Positions 27,929-41,285 of a stretch of 64,000 bases of DNA are shown in pieces. The notes beneath the pieces are model-generated. The model ran no database searches. It was not told the DNA's origin and worked only from the letters and a program-made list of their open reading frames with translations. Each line of letters begins with the position of its first letter. Positions within the stretch are counted from its first letter, which is position 1. This DNA comes from Adineta vaga (Eukaryota > Animalia > Rotifera): assembly GCA_021613535.1 (NCBI GenBank), contig CP075494.1, forward strand, positions 11,470,001 to 11,534,000, read 5' to 3'. The position numbers and the translations under genes are program-made.

Positions 27929-28448
27929 ATGAATACGAGTGTGTCTTTAACATCACTAAATCAACAACAAAATGGACAGAAAATATGTTGTATTTGTTTG
28001 GAAAAAAAGTCAGTAGATATACCAATTATTAATTGTGATCATCGACATGAATTTTGTAATGAATGTATCATACGATGGTTTGCATTGAAGAAATTTGATT
28101 GTCCCATTTGTCGAAAAGTATGGCAAGAAAAAGAATGTGTATGTATGAAAATAAAGTTTTGAATATATGTTATATCTTTATTCTTTTTTATAGTCAGATA
28201 CATCAAGTCAGGATGATGGTCATTTAGCTGTTTCACTTGAATCACTTTCATCTATAGCAATTGAAAGTCCTTATCAACCACCTATAACTTATTTAGGTAT
28301 ATTTTATCCAACGATTCATCCATCAGCAAATCAAGCTCGTCGTCAAATGTATAGCGCTTTAATTTGTTATCTATGTTCGTTTTTTATTGTCATTGTGGTT
28401 TATACAATTCTAATATTGCTCAGTAAGAAATTTGAGCATAAAACTTAA
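27929..28448 (+). CDS. Small RING-HC protein with C-terminal transmembrane helix, 2 exons
   Basis: CCIC..CDHRHEFCNEC..CPIC. A phase-0 intron leads to SDTSSQDD..ALICYLCSFFIVIVVYTILILLSKKFEHKT*. Confidence 0.8.
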
Positions 28449-31400
28449 TTGTCTTCAAAATGGTGTTTCTTTTTCTACTTTTCTTTTCTTTTTTCTTTTT
28501 CTCTACACTTTTTTTTATACGAAACGTATGAAAGTAAATTTAATAATGATTACTATAATATGATTTGTTATTTATATTAAAACGAAAGACAAAGAAATGA
28601 AACATCAAAATGTCGACAATAAAAATGAATATGCCGATGCGATCATCTTTCGATTGTAAGTAAGTGTATGTGATGTATTAAGCTAGTAATGATACTTTCA
28701 TTCTTTTTCTTCATTTATTGTCGATATTTGTTTTTTATGAATGTGTAGAAATTGAATTAATTTAAGTTGTGATTTTTCTATGAAGAAGATCTTGAATGAT
28801 TATTAACAGAGAGGATTATTGCAGTATAATATATATGTATGAATATTGACATACACTAATTGCATTAGCATACGTTCCATTGGTTCAAGTCAGTGATGCA
28901 ATCAATAAAAATCTCAGTAATCTATCCTTAAGTTACATTGAAAGTGGTAAATTTCCGGTCACTCGATTTTTTATTAAATGTATCCAGAACTTTGCTATGA
29001 CGCTCATTTCAGTCAGAAAATCTAAAAACGTATGTAATCAGATAAGAGTATCTATATTCCTTTCTCTCGATCTTTTTTTTTTATAGCACGAGATTGACGG
29101 AAGGAAAAGGAAAAGTTAACTTTGTTGATCTCGGTGATTGATTTTCTTAAAAGTGGGCGGACAAGAAACAATATTCAGTGAGTAGGAAGAACGATTGTAC
29201 GTCATTTCTTGTTTTTGTCTATTGAGTTTCGGCAATATTTATTGCTTTGAACTGATTCATCGTATTATAGATAATCCTTGAAGTCAACATAATAATGTAC
29301 TATCTTATCAATGAATAACTACGTATGAAATTGTGTTTTTCGATGTTATATCATCTAAGAACATACATTTTGAAAATTGCAAATATTTTATAAATAGAAA
29401 ACATAACTTCAAGATGGCACTACGATTACAAAAAAACTTTCAGAACATTTTCTCTCAGTTTTCACTTGATTTCGATCATATTTAAGAACTTGTTCTGACT
29501 AAAACATAATCATTCAAACAGTATTAACAATGATGACGTCGATTTACTTACCAAAAAAATCACTTATCATCTTACACAATATAATGTATCCCAAAGAAAA
29601 AAAATCGAAGAGAATAGAAACTTTTCTAAAAGAAAATGTGCTGACGTGTTCTATACAATACATTTTTTTATATATAAATTAGTTTTTTGTCAGATAAAAG
29701 GGCATTCTGTTTTTGTGAATTGATGAATTTTACATCAAAGTAAAAGAAAAAGAATAAGAGAAAAACAAATCATACATCCAGATGTTGATCAAAAGCATTA
29801 GTCAATGAAACCAACGTTTATTAAATACAAAAGAAGAAACGTAACTACTTCACTACTTCTCTTTTCACATTTTGAAATAACTACCTGCATCTATTTAAAT
29901 GAAAGCAAATGATTTAGCATAATTTCGTAAGTATAGATTTGTTTCCAACATAGATTAAATGTTATGCATTGTATATTTCAAATTCAAATTTGTAAAAGAA
30001 ATGGTCACACTAACGGAGCAATACAACAAGAAAGAACGAATGTTTTGATGATAGATCAATTTATTCATACATTTGTAATTCCAATGTGATTATGAATGAT
30101 CGTTGCTTGAAAATAAAATAAGATAATGCGTAATTACTCTACTGATTCTATTTATAGATATTAAATTCTAAAACAAAACAAAACAAAACAAAATAGGACT
30201 GTTTTTCTAAATATCATACTGTATATTACTAATGAGAAGAAACAGTAGTTTCTTTTCTTCTCTATGATCTGGACTATATTTTCTTTACATAACTAACCTT
30301 TATTTACAAGAAACAATCCTTCTATGAGTCAGAAATGATTTCTAAAGATGATAGTTAATATGAAGAAAACAAATTTCTTCGAATTGAATAATGACAAAGT
30401 TGTAACGAGAAATAAATCTTGAACAAATATTGTATTGATTAGGAGACGACAGAATTTGATTGATAGCTTCTTCTTTTCCAAACATTCTCGATGAATATGA
30501 TGGACTGGTATTAATAAACAATATTAGTAGCTCGTAAAAAAAACCTCGATGGAAATATAAACATAGAACGACACGAGCACAAAAAAAATGTACAGATAGA
30601 AGAGATAACAATATAGTAACGAACAATGTGGATGTTAACACAAATTCTTTACAGATTTGCTTTTTCTTCTAGATATGTATTTCTTCAATTCAATGTAGCG
30701 ATCATGAAGAAGATTCAAAATTTTTTCAAGAAAAACATACGGAAAGATGATGATTTAACGTAAGTGAGAAGTCTTTTGATATGTCTATCTCAAATTGAAG
30801 GAAGAACAATAAATTACAACACTCAACAAAAGAATAACAATCATTTCTGTGAGCTTGTAAAACTTGATATGTTTTTATTGTCTTGCTCATTTGCATGTAG
30901 AAGCACAAGTTTTACGAACCGTGAATATGAAATCATTCCAGTTTCTAGGATACGTTGACTTACTCAGATAATTGATATTTTCCATAGGTTTCCTTTTGTT
31001 TATATCGATCTAATTACAAAATATGATAGTACTAATGGAATGTTAGAAAAGAACTGATTTCTGTATTGATCTCATTTTTTCTTTTCTTTTTCTTTTATTT
31101 AGAAAATTATTTGAATATGATCGATCGATTTACTAAATTCCAAAGCAAACATTATTGCATGGAAATCCTTTTATTTGTTATAAGTGTATTCGCGTGTTAG
31201 AATATAGAGATAAGAGATCAGTACTCGTTTTTCAAGGAGAAAAGATAAAAGGATATGAAGAAAGCTTTGTTTTTCTTTGTCTTAGTCCTTTTTTTCTTTC
31301 GTGTTGACGTTCTTTTTTCTACACAACTACGAACAATCGAAGACAAACAGATATTTACTTTGAGATTTTCGTTTGCATCTCAAAACTTATTTTTGGCCTT

Positions 31401-31960
31401 TTATTTGTTATACACACTCATATTCATCGTTTTTCTTTTACCTATAGAACATTAAAACAAAGATATATATTTATAAATATCACACTTCACTCGTTATCTT
31501 TCGTCACATACGAGTGTTCAAGGTCTCATTGACCAAACGCTGATAATAGAATATTTCGCATGATGAATTTAAGAAACCAATGAAGTATTTTTACGTTCGC
31601 ACTTGTGAATATCGTCCATCTGTTTTTCTTTTTTACTTTTTTTTCTTCTTCTAATCCAAAATCGATCCTCGTGTCAGAAAACTTACTTCATATGTAACCT
31701 AATAGAGTAATTCAGTGCACTTTTTTCCATGCAGGCAATTAGAAAGAGAGAGAGAGAGCGAAACAGTTAAGAAAATTGATTCCTTTCCAGTAATTTAAAA
31801 AGTTTTTCTTCAATTCATGTTGTTCTCATTTTCCAGGTCACCTGATATTTTACAACCGGCGACTGCAACCGATCTTGTATCAAGTCAATCGTGTTTTCAA
31901 CTGAGTAGATCACCATTAAAACGACGCTTTTTACTTTTTAAATCTTCGTCACAGAATTCA

Positions 31961-33312
31961 ATGGGTGCAACTAATAGTGTTAAACGCAGTCAAACCGATA
32001 TTCAAGCTTTTCTTGATCAAGAAAAAGCCAAATTTATAGAAAAAATCGAAAATCCTATTCGACAAAATGCTTCTCTAGAAGATTTTGAACTTATTCGAAC
32101 AGTCGGTACTGGATCATTCGGTAAATTTTTCAACATAAACTAATTTCGAATAATCAACGGAAAAGTTCTCAATTATTTCAGGTCGAGTTGTTTTAGTAAA
32201 ACATCGTAAAGAAACACTTGTTGAAAATGTTGCGTTGAAAGTGTTGGATAAACAAGTTGTTGTTAAAATGAAACAAGTGGATCATACATTAGCGGAGAAA
32301 AAGATTCTTCAAGCGTTATCTTGTCCATTTATTGTTAAATTATTATATACATTTAAAGATAATTCTTATTTATATTTGGGTTTGGAATATGCACCTGGAG
32401 GAGAGATGTTTACACATTTACGTGCTTGCGGACGTTACAGTGAAGAAATGGCAAGATTTTATGCTGCACAGATTGTCCTTGCTTTTGAATATCTTCATCA
32501 TTTAGGTGTGGTATGTAATCGAAATTGTTAAATGATTCGTTTGTTTTTTTTTACAAAAATTTCTTTTTTTTTTAATCGATTTAGGTCTATAGAGATCTCA
32601 AACCAGAGAATTTACTTTTTTCATCAGATGGATATTTAAAGATGGTAGGTGCAATCGTTCTGATCATATATTTAGAGAGATCAATTTTGTTATATTTTAG
32701 ACAGATTTTGGTTTTGCAAAACGTGTCAAAGATCGTACATGGACACTATGTGGCACACCTGGTTTGTTTTGCTTAAATTGATTGTTTAATGAAAGAAGAA
32801 GAAAATGTTTTCGTATTTCTAGAATATCTCGCTCCAGAAATCATTCTAAGTCGTGGTTATAATAAAGGCGTTGATTATTGGGCACTAGGTGTACTAATGG
32901 TAAGTATTGATCAATCATTTTTTTCATAAGAAATGAAAAGAATTGTATTTTTTAGTATGAAATGAGTGCTGGTTATCCACCATTTTTTGCTGATCAACCA
33001 ATTCAAATATATGAAAAGATTGTTTCGGGTCGTGTTCGTTTCCCTAATCATTTTTCAGTTGATCTTAAAGATTTACTTAAAAATCTACTTCAAGTTGATT
33101 TAACACGTCGATTTGGTAATTTAAAAGCCGGTGTAAAAGATATCAAAGAACATCGTTGGTATAAAGATATAGATTTTATTGCAATTTATGAAAAAGCAAT
33201 TCCAGCACCATTCATCCCAAGAACGGATAAAGAAAATTATGAAACTTATGAAGAACAACCATTGACTGTAGGATCAATTGAACGATTTCAAAAAGAATTT
33301 TCTGACTTTTAG
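31961..33312 (+). CDS. PKA-C: cAMP-dependent protein kinase catalytic subunit
   Basis: [59 protein letters not shown]-terminal FSDF. Starts MGATNS, a myristoylation consensus. Confidence 0.96.
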
Positions 33313-33737
33313 AAAAAAAAACGAAAAATTTAGTTGCTCAACACAAGATGATTACTTTAATTTCACTGTATTATATTTCGTTGCTTTTGTTTTCTTTCTT
33401 CAGTGATATGTTTTTGTTTCGAAAATACAAAATTAACTTAAGCAGAATATACAAACATGACGACATCTCAACGAAATCATTCATAATAAAGAGTATCAAT
33501 TTTGTTTCTTGATCTTCTTTTAGTTAATTAGGAAAGAATGTCGTCATGAAAAAAAGATATATGAATGATAATTATAAAATATTTGTCTGATAGAATCAAG
33601 GTAAGATTTATCACAAGAAGAAAGAATCAAAACAGTAAGCTTAACTCTAATCAATTAACTATACAAAATCCTTTCTTTATCTTTCGAAAGGATAGTATAT
33701 TAATTTTTCTTTTATAACAAAAAACCAATCATATTAT

Positions 33738-34796
33738 TCATGTTTGATATTTCCAAACATGAACAGTTTTATCATAAAAACTACAAGATGCAATTACACT
33801 TTCCGATAGAATCTTTGCTGTATCACTTGTTGTTGTTGTTGTTGTTGTTGTTTCGACGTTCATGCAATCATCCATTAATTCACTTAATTGATTGATTGAA
33901 TCACTCGTTTGCCAATCACAACCGTATGCTAATGAACCATGTTGCTTATAATGACATAGAATATTTAAAATTTTAAGATCAACAATAACAAAACCATTTT
34001 GCATACAAGCACATAATAAAAGTTCATGATTTAAAGGATGTGGCTTGATTTTCCATACACCACCACCTAATTTAATATCTTTAATTGGATTCGTCATTTG
34101 TCGTTTATCCCATAGTCGTAAATATTCATCAAATGAACCTGTTAACAATTCATATGGATTTGTTTCATCAACTACAATTGAACAAATTCCCATCGTATGT
34201 TTTCGATTGATATGTATTGCTTGTTTACAATCTCGTATATCCCAAATTTTAAATAAAGTATCATCAGCACCCGAATAAACAATATTTGGATCATATCTAT
34301 CCCATACACATGTCCAACATTCATATTCATGTGCTGACCATGACTGACTAAAACGTAAACCATTCGTATTATCTAATTCACATATTGATAAACAACCTTG
34401 TTGATCACTAATAACAACATAATTATTTGTTGCATGTAACCATGAATGTGCTAAAGCAATTGTTTGCTCATTAGTAACATCTTCGCATACAATTGGTTTG
34501 GTCAAATCATTCGAAGAGTATAAAGATAATTGTCCAAGTGCAGATACAGTGGAGAGAAATGTATGTTCTGGTGAACATTGAATCCATTTTAAATCAAGTA
34601 TTCCTTCGGTTGCTTGTTGTTGTATAATTTCAATTGTTTTTGTTAATGAATTATATTGAAATAGATAAATTGAACCCTGTCTACTCGTATTTTCCGGATT
34701 ATATAAATAGGTACCACAAGCAAAAGTGTCTGGACGAACGGGACACCATTCAATACTATCAGGTGAAGAATCAGTGAGAAAACTAGCCTGAAACAT
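33738..34796 (-). CDS. DPH7: Diphthine methyltransferase/WDR85 (WD40), intronless
   Basis: PDSIEWCP, FACGTY, AHEYECW, VYSGADD, TGSFDEYLRLWD, GGGVWKIK, ACMQNGF, HGSLAYGCDW, CSFYDK. Confidence 0.92.
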   Translation of the reverse strand: MFQASFLTDSSPDSIEWCPVRPDTFACGTYLYNPENTSRQGSIYLFQYNSLTKTIEIIQQQATEGILDLKWIQCSPEHTFLSTVSALGQLSLYSSNDLTKPIVCEDVTNEQTIALAHSWLHATNNYVVISDQQGCLSICELDNTNGLRFSQSWSAHEYECWTCVWDRYDPNIVYSGADDTLFKIWDIRDCKQAIHINRKHTMGICSIVVDETNPYELLTGSFDEYLRLWDKRQMTNPIKDIKLGGGVWKIKPHPLNHELLLCACMQNGFVIVDLKILNILCHYKQHGSLAYGCDWQTSDSINQLSELMDDCMNVETTTTTTTTSDTAKILSESVIASCSFYDKTVHVWKYQT

Positions 34797-35660
34797 TTGA
34801 CTGTTCGTTTTTCGTCTAGAATCAGAAAGAATGTATCGATTGATTTTATTTCAAAACAAAATAAATTATAACGAAGAAGAAGAAAAACGATGAAATAATA
34901 GAAGAAAAATATAAAATAATTCAACTGTTTCAATGTCAAAATGAAGATCGATTGATGATATATATTCGACGCTTATTTTCAAGATACATCGGTATCACGT
35001 GATACAACAAGATTTGACCTGAAATAGAATGGAAATTGCAATTAAAATAGAAATCTTTGGTAGAAAAGAACCATATGTTAACTTACCTTTGAGACTAACC
35101 AGATGTTCGACCGCCATTGATTTTAGTCTTATTACCAGATCATTCTAATAAATCAATGTTCCAACACCTTCCAAAATCACAATAACAATCGTAGTCATTA
35201 TTTTTATATAAAGAATTGATGATAATCGACATAAAATAAATGTATCATTAACTTTTAATCAAGCATCCCAATAATTAGTCTTTAAGCAGTAAGAACACAT
35301 AACATTTTTTTCATTCCAATGCCAATTCTCATCTCATCATTCTTCACACTTTCAAAATGCATTGTAATACGGATTGGCTAAAAATGTTTACCAATCATAA
35401 CAGAATGGAAAAGCATGCATACACACACATATTTCATTACAAATCGATCATCGCCTTTTCTGCCTTATTAACCAGACGGAAAAAATGGCTTACATAGCTA
35501 CTCATCGTGTAAAATTATTTATTGTGTTCGTGTTTTGTATATGTAGCAAAAAATAACTATTCAATTTTCATTACAATCGTTTCTGATCTGGTTGAATAAT
35601 TGTGCAAAGACGACTTTTGTCCTTGAAAAAAAGTTGTTTTTCGATCACAATATTTTCTAG

Positions 35661-37749
35661 ATGGTAATTAATTGGTATCAGATCTTCTATTTGATAAGTT
35701 ATCCTTTAATTTGTATATCAACAACATCAATTGATTCGATCTATCTTGATTTACTTCATCGAAATATTAGTGATTATGATTCCTTAAATCATTTCTATCG
35801 AAATATTTTACAAGATGTAAGACAACATCGTTTAATAGATACAGTTGCTCTACCAATTAATCTATCAAAGATTAGATCGAATAATTATGATGAAGATTAT
35901 CTCAAAAATTCGGTAGAAACTTCACATTCAATTGATTTTATTTCAAGATTTGTTTTTCGTTTATTTAGTGTTATGAAACAACATCGGATTTACTTGCAGC
36001 ACATGGTTACGATAAATCAGATGTAAACTTATCGCTTACTGATATTCAATCACTTCTTCCGGCCATTTTGTATAGTATAGAAAATCCAGGATGTTCACGA
36101 AAATCTCTTTCATCCACATCCTATTCATTTTTTTCTGGTAAAATCATTGTTTATCAAAAACAAAACGAAACTAAAGATACATATTTTCTTTCTTTCTTTC
36201 TATTCTAGTATGGGTATTAGGTTTAATAATTATCTTCACTATAAAATTAATTCATTTATTAATCTTTTCCACTGTTGGTGATCGTTGTTTATTAATAAAT
36301 TTAAATTCTAATTCCAAAATTACCTTCAGTCAAAATGATTCACATGAGAGTCCAATCATAAATATTCATTCATCATCGTTAAAATATCGACTCTGGTTAG
36401 GTCTAGGTTTAAATTCATTTACATGTGGACTTATGCTTGGAACAACTATCTATCATTTAATACCTCACGTAAAAAAAAGCAAAAACGTTCATATTAGGTT
36501 TATCTTTTGCATTCAATTTAGATTTATGAAGTACCCAATGAGAATTTTGATTATATTTATCTTCTTCGTGCTACAATTATTTTCGTCGGTGTTTATCTAT
36601 TTTTTATTGTGGAAAAACTTCTACGTTTTCGATTTAAAATTGATGAAGTAAATTGAATTGAATGATCATATAGTTTATTTTTGTTTTTAATAGACACAAG
36701 CAGATGAAGTCACTAATGATGGACAAGAATTAAGAAGATTATCAGATGCATCAATGGCACAAATTGCGAGAATGCATGGAACATTACATATCAATGGATA
36801 TGTAAATAATTTCAAAAATTTTATTTGATAAAAGGGATATCTCTTTCTAGGATGATCAACCCTATAAACATTCAAGTCCACCGGCAAGAATACCGGTTAG
36901 TTTGACTTTAATTGTCTGAAATCAACTTATTTTCTTCGCTTATTATAGTTACATGCGGATAGTGATGATGAAGATGTTGATTTACCAATCAATCGAATAT
37001 CTATCAATAAGCAAAAGAATCTTCATGGTAGCAATATATTACTTCATCGAACACGTAATCTGATATTATATTATCTCATCAATGATTTTTCCAATGATCT
37101 TATCTATGGTTGTGGTTTATGCACAGCCTTAGCACATGATTATCTTATTGGTTCTGTGCTAAGTGTTATGATATTTATTGAAGGTTTTCGACGACATTCA
37201 CGTAATAAATGTTTAGATTGGATTGTTTTTTTTCAATGAAAATACTTGCTTTATTCTAGAAATTAGTTCAACTGTGAGTCGTAAACACGGTCTTTTTCTT
37301 CTTTTGATTTCAATTGTTTTTCTACTCTCCGGTTATCTACTTGGTGGATTATTAATTGAAATTAATCAACGAAATGATATAAATCTAGTTTTTATTCAAA
37401 AAGAATACATTTATTCCATTGTATATGGAGCACTTTTCTATACAGCACTTGTAACATTGGTAAAACTCTTCTGAATATATATTTCAATTTAACAATTTGT
37501 TCATTTAAGATCCCAGAATTGAATACATTTGGTCATCATTTACAAGTCAATCTTAAACAAGCAAATCAAACTTCTAAACAACGTCGTTTAATCAAAATTC
37601 TTATACTTATTTGTCAAAATCTTTTTCTTATTATCGGTGTTATTATTGCTCTAGTATTAGCATCGATGTGGCGTTATTATCATCGTATTCATATTTATGA
37701 ATATGTTTGTAACCGTGATTCATCTCGAATATTTTGCTATCGTCATTAA
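35661..37749 (+). CDS. Degenerate LIV-1/ZIP (SLC39)-like membrane protein, multi-exon
   Basis: Colinear with the downstream ZIP: signal peptide, LLPAILYSIENPGC, GLMLGTTIYHLIPH, GALFYTALVTL/IPEL. The TM4/TM5 metal motifs are lost. Confidence 0.72.
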
Positions 37750-40583
37750 AACATTAACTGAATCTTGTTCGGAAAATTTATTTTTGTGATACGAAAGAAT
37801 TCGTTTGTTTAATTGTGCATTAGAAGTTGAATTTGATTGTTAGTTTTTTGTTTTGCACATCAAATACTCGTTTTCTAGATGTATCAAATTATTCTTCTCA
37901 TACTCATTGGATCTGATTTCGTGTTCAGTACTCATAATGAATTGAGTACTTTAGAAACCAATCTTCTACATAAACATCTCAAAACATCGAAACAATTGGA
38001 TTTATTTTTTCAACAATTAATTCAATCAAATGATATCGAAGATATGAGATTTCTACATGCGACAATCAATGAAAATGATATTCAAAAGCACAATGTCGAA
38101 CATAAAGTAAATTTCACATATTGAAATCCCGAGAGATTTCATCAAATGTTAGTTTTGTTGCTGTTGTTGTTGTTGATTACTCAGACGTAAAAATAACCAT
38201 AGCGGAATATCTTTTCTCTTCATATTTGAGAGTAATTGATTAGAGAACAGATTATTTATCATCATGACATTTGATCTATTTAAAACTTTAGTGTTTCAAA
38301 TCAACGAATGATCTTCTGAATGCGTTTGATATTCAACGAAATGATAGTTTGAATCGTGCTGATATTCAACGAGTATTACCTGTCTTAGCAAATGTTAAAT
38401 TCAACGATGGTTGTAGAAAATCACCAGGATATGCAAATTGGAAAAGCATGGAACATGTAATTTGATAAATTTGTATGTTCATTTGTTTATTGTAGATATT
38501 TTAATTGGTTTCTTCGTGGTTACATTTATAAATTGTTCAGCGTTAGGTGGTGCGATTATATTACCATTTCGAAATAAACCTGCATTTAAATGGATTCTTA
38601 GTAGTTTTATCGGTTTAGGTAGAAAACAAAATATGAATTTTTTATCAATTTCTTTAAGTATATTTTCATTAGCTGTCGGAACATTGACTGGATCTGGTAT
38701 ATTTCATTTGATACCAATGGTTCGTTCATTTCTATACATAAACATATATATATATATTCTGTAGATAAGACAATTCTGTCGTTTAGGCATTCAACATTCC
38801 AAATCTTGATATTTATCATAATTATCTCAATAAAGCACTTTTAACAATGTTTATTGTTTATTTATTCTATATGCGTGATCAATTATCACGAGTGTTTTTC
38901 AATGTTGAAACCGTTTGTATTTCTTAATATTTCATTTTGTTTGATATGCAACATTTTCATACATTTAGATCGTATGTACACACACTCACAGCGATGAACA
39001 GATGTCTGTAAGTTGAATACATTGATTATCTCAATGGAAATAATAATGCATTCGTAAACTATAGGCGAAAGAAAGTCATTTGATTGATTCGACCTCTACA
39101 ACAAGTCAAAAATCACTTTCTCGAAGTTCTAAAGTATGTATATACATTTATTTTCAAGGTAATTCTTCATTTTTGTGTATTTAGTTGATCAATCGAAATA
39201 AACATGTACATAATTTAGTCGATAATTTAAGAACAATGAAAGCTGCTGGTTGGATGATATTTCTTGGAGATATGTTACATAATTTTATTGATGGATTAAC
39301 ATTAGGCGCTGCTTTTATGGTTTCAATTGGTGAAGGTTTACGAATGTGTTTACCAATCATATGTGAAGAATTTCCACATGAACTTGGCGATATTGCTGTT
39401 TTACTTCGTAGTGGTTTGAGTATTGGTCAAGCACTTATTGTCAATTTTTTAGCAGCTTGTAGTTGTTACTTAGGATTTTTTATCGGTGCAAAATTAGGTT
39501 TGATTTTGATGATGAATATTTTTTGTTCTTATTGCTATTTTATTCATTTAGGAGAATTAGAAGAATTTCATCCGTGGATTTATGCATTAGCTGGTGGAAT
39601 GTTTGTTTATATTGGACTTGCAGATATGGTGAGTGAAGAAATGGAATTCATGTTTGTGATAATATTTGTTTTGTTTTAGATTCCAGAACTTGTTTCGATG
39701 GGTGATGAAATTGAAAAAGATTATTTAGAATCAAAACGACCGATTACTATTGGATTGAAATTGAAAATTTTATGTTGTCAAAATAGTGGCATTATTCTTG
39801 GTGTTGTTATCATGTTTCTATTAGGAAAATATGGAACATATTTAGAAAATCTAGTTCAATTATAGAATGATTTTATTCTTTGATAGTTTATTTTTTTAAA
39901 TAATAGTATAGAAATGTTTTTGTAAGAATTGACGAAGAAGAATGTAAATAAATGATCTTTTAATCAAAACTAAAAATAACTTACTATCTAATGAAGTCAT
40001 GTCTTTCAATCCGATTGTATATCTCATGATACCAAGAGTATTCTATAGATTTAATCAAATTAGATGTAATTGATAGTGTCAATTAGCGCTATCTATTCTG
40101 GTCGATTTTGTAACATGTCCAATCAAAAGGAATATGTCAGAGAACAAAGCAGGCGATCTTTTCTCATTCTCAGTTTAACTTTGTTCAAATATTAAATTCA
40201 GTTCAGTTCAGTTCAGTTTAATAAAAAAATGACAACATCATCTGGCACGATACCTGATGTTTCACCATCTCAAGTTTTGAGTGTCAGTCCAAGTTTACCA
40301 ACGAATAAATTACTTGATAATTTAACAGTAATATATTTGATTTGATTGTTGTCCAAAGATAATTTCTATGAATATATTTAGAAAAATCAAAGACTTTTAC
40401 AATTATTACCACAAAACTATGAGAAACGTCAATATTTCAATAATCTTTTTCAAACTTTATTGGATGATTTTTTCTATTCACATGAACGTCCTGATGTACA
40501 ACTCTATGCTGCAATCTGTCTCGCAGATATTATTCGAATCTGGGCACCGAATCTTCCGGATGCTCCACCTGAAAAAAAGCTGG
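37338..40583 (+). repeat. Left copy of segmental duplication
   Basis: 37338-37595 matches 47841-48098, and 39791-40583 matches 48105-48896. Confidence 0.92.
37879..39865 (+). CDS. SLC39A: LIV-1 family ZIP8/ZIP14-like metal transporter, multi-exon
   Basis: LAVGTLTGSGIFHLIP, GWMIFLGDMLHNFIDG, CEEFPHELGD (EExPHE as in ZIP8/14), AGGMFVYIGLADM/IPEL. Confidence 0.92.
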
Positions 40584-40618
40584 GTAAAATTAATCGAATA
40601 GTTGCATGGACAAAATGA
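40229..40618 (+). pseudogene. Truncated duplicate of PDS5 exons 1-2
   Basis: Near-identical to 48543-48896. Homology ends at the exon 2 donor, and read-through stops at 40618. Confidence 0.85.
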
Positions 40619-40739
40619 TGTAAAGATATTTCATTGCGAACTTTTCTTCTTTTGACTAACAATGTGAAACACATATAGATATGATCTCCTCTTTATATTA
40701 TTGACGTAGCTCCATGCGCATCTTTCAGAGAATTGGATC

Positions 40740-41126
40740 CCAAGCCATGCTTCTAATGAGTTGCTCCATCTTGGAAGATCATTAATCACACGCTCATAAA
40801 TTTCATAAATGATTATTGAATCTTGTTTGTTTTTTCGTCCAGTTCCTAAAAAAATACCTTCTAAGCAAAGTTTGAAAAAAACATTCATTCTAATATCGTT
40901 TTTTCTCCTCGCCGAGCCAGGTTTTCGAAATATTCAACAAGACTTTCTGCTTCATCATCAAACTCATCAGCAATTAAATCAATGCTTCTACAACTTCCGA
41001 TGCAGGAACAACAGGTAAAGAAAGTCATTTTCTCACATTAAATCTAAAATTATCATCATCATAATATTTTGTTGATATCCCATTTTCTTGTATATGACGC
41101 CAGACACACTATCCATAGTGAAAAAG
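40740..41126 (-). mobile_element. MULE/Mutator transposase remnant
   Basis: Decayed frames read LFHYG*CVWRHIQENG..FRFNVRK*LSLPVVP..LVEYF..WLG..IYERVINDLPRWSNSLEAW. This matches the MULE C-terminal CxFH..WR and PRTNNxxEGW pattern. Confidence 0.78.
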
Positions 41127-41285
41127 GCTTTCTGGAACATAAAATCTACTGCCATGCAATACAGTTATACTTGTCTTCTTTTCCATTCTCTCATTTATGT
41201 TTTATATGCATAATCCATATAAAAATATCCCTTTTGATTGGAGAAGAATAACTTTTATTGAACAATCAATTATATGAATAGAATT

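Noticed and set aside
33738-34796. Horizontal transfer suggested by intronless DPH7 (also YIPF5, WAP)
   Set aside because: These are eukaryotic families with host-like composition; lack of introns alone is not evidence.
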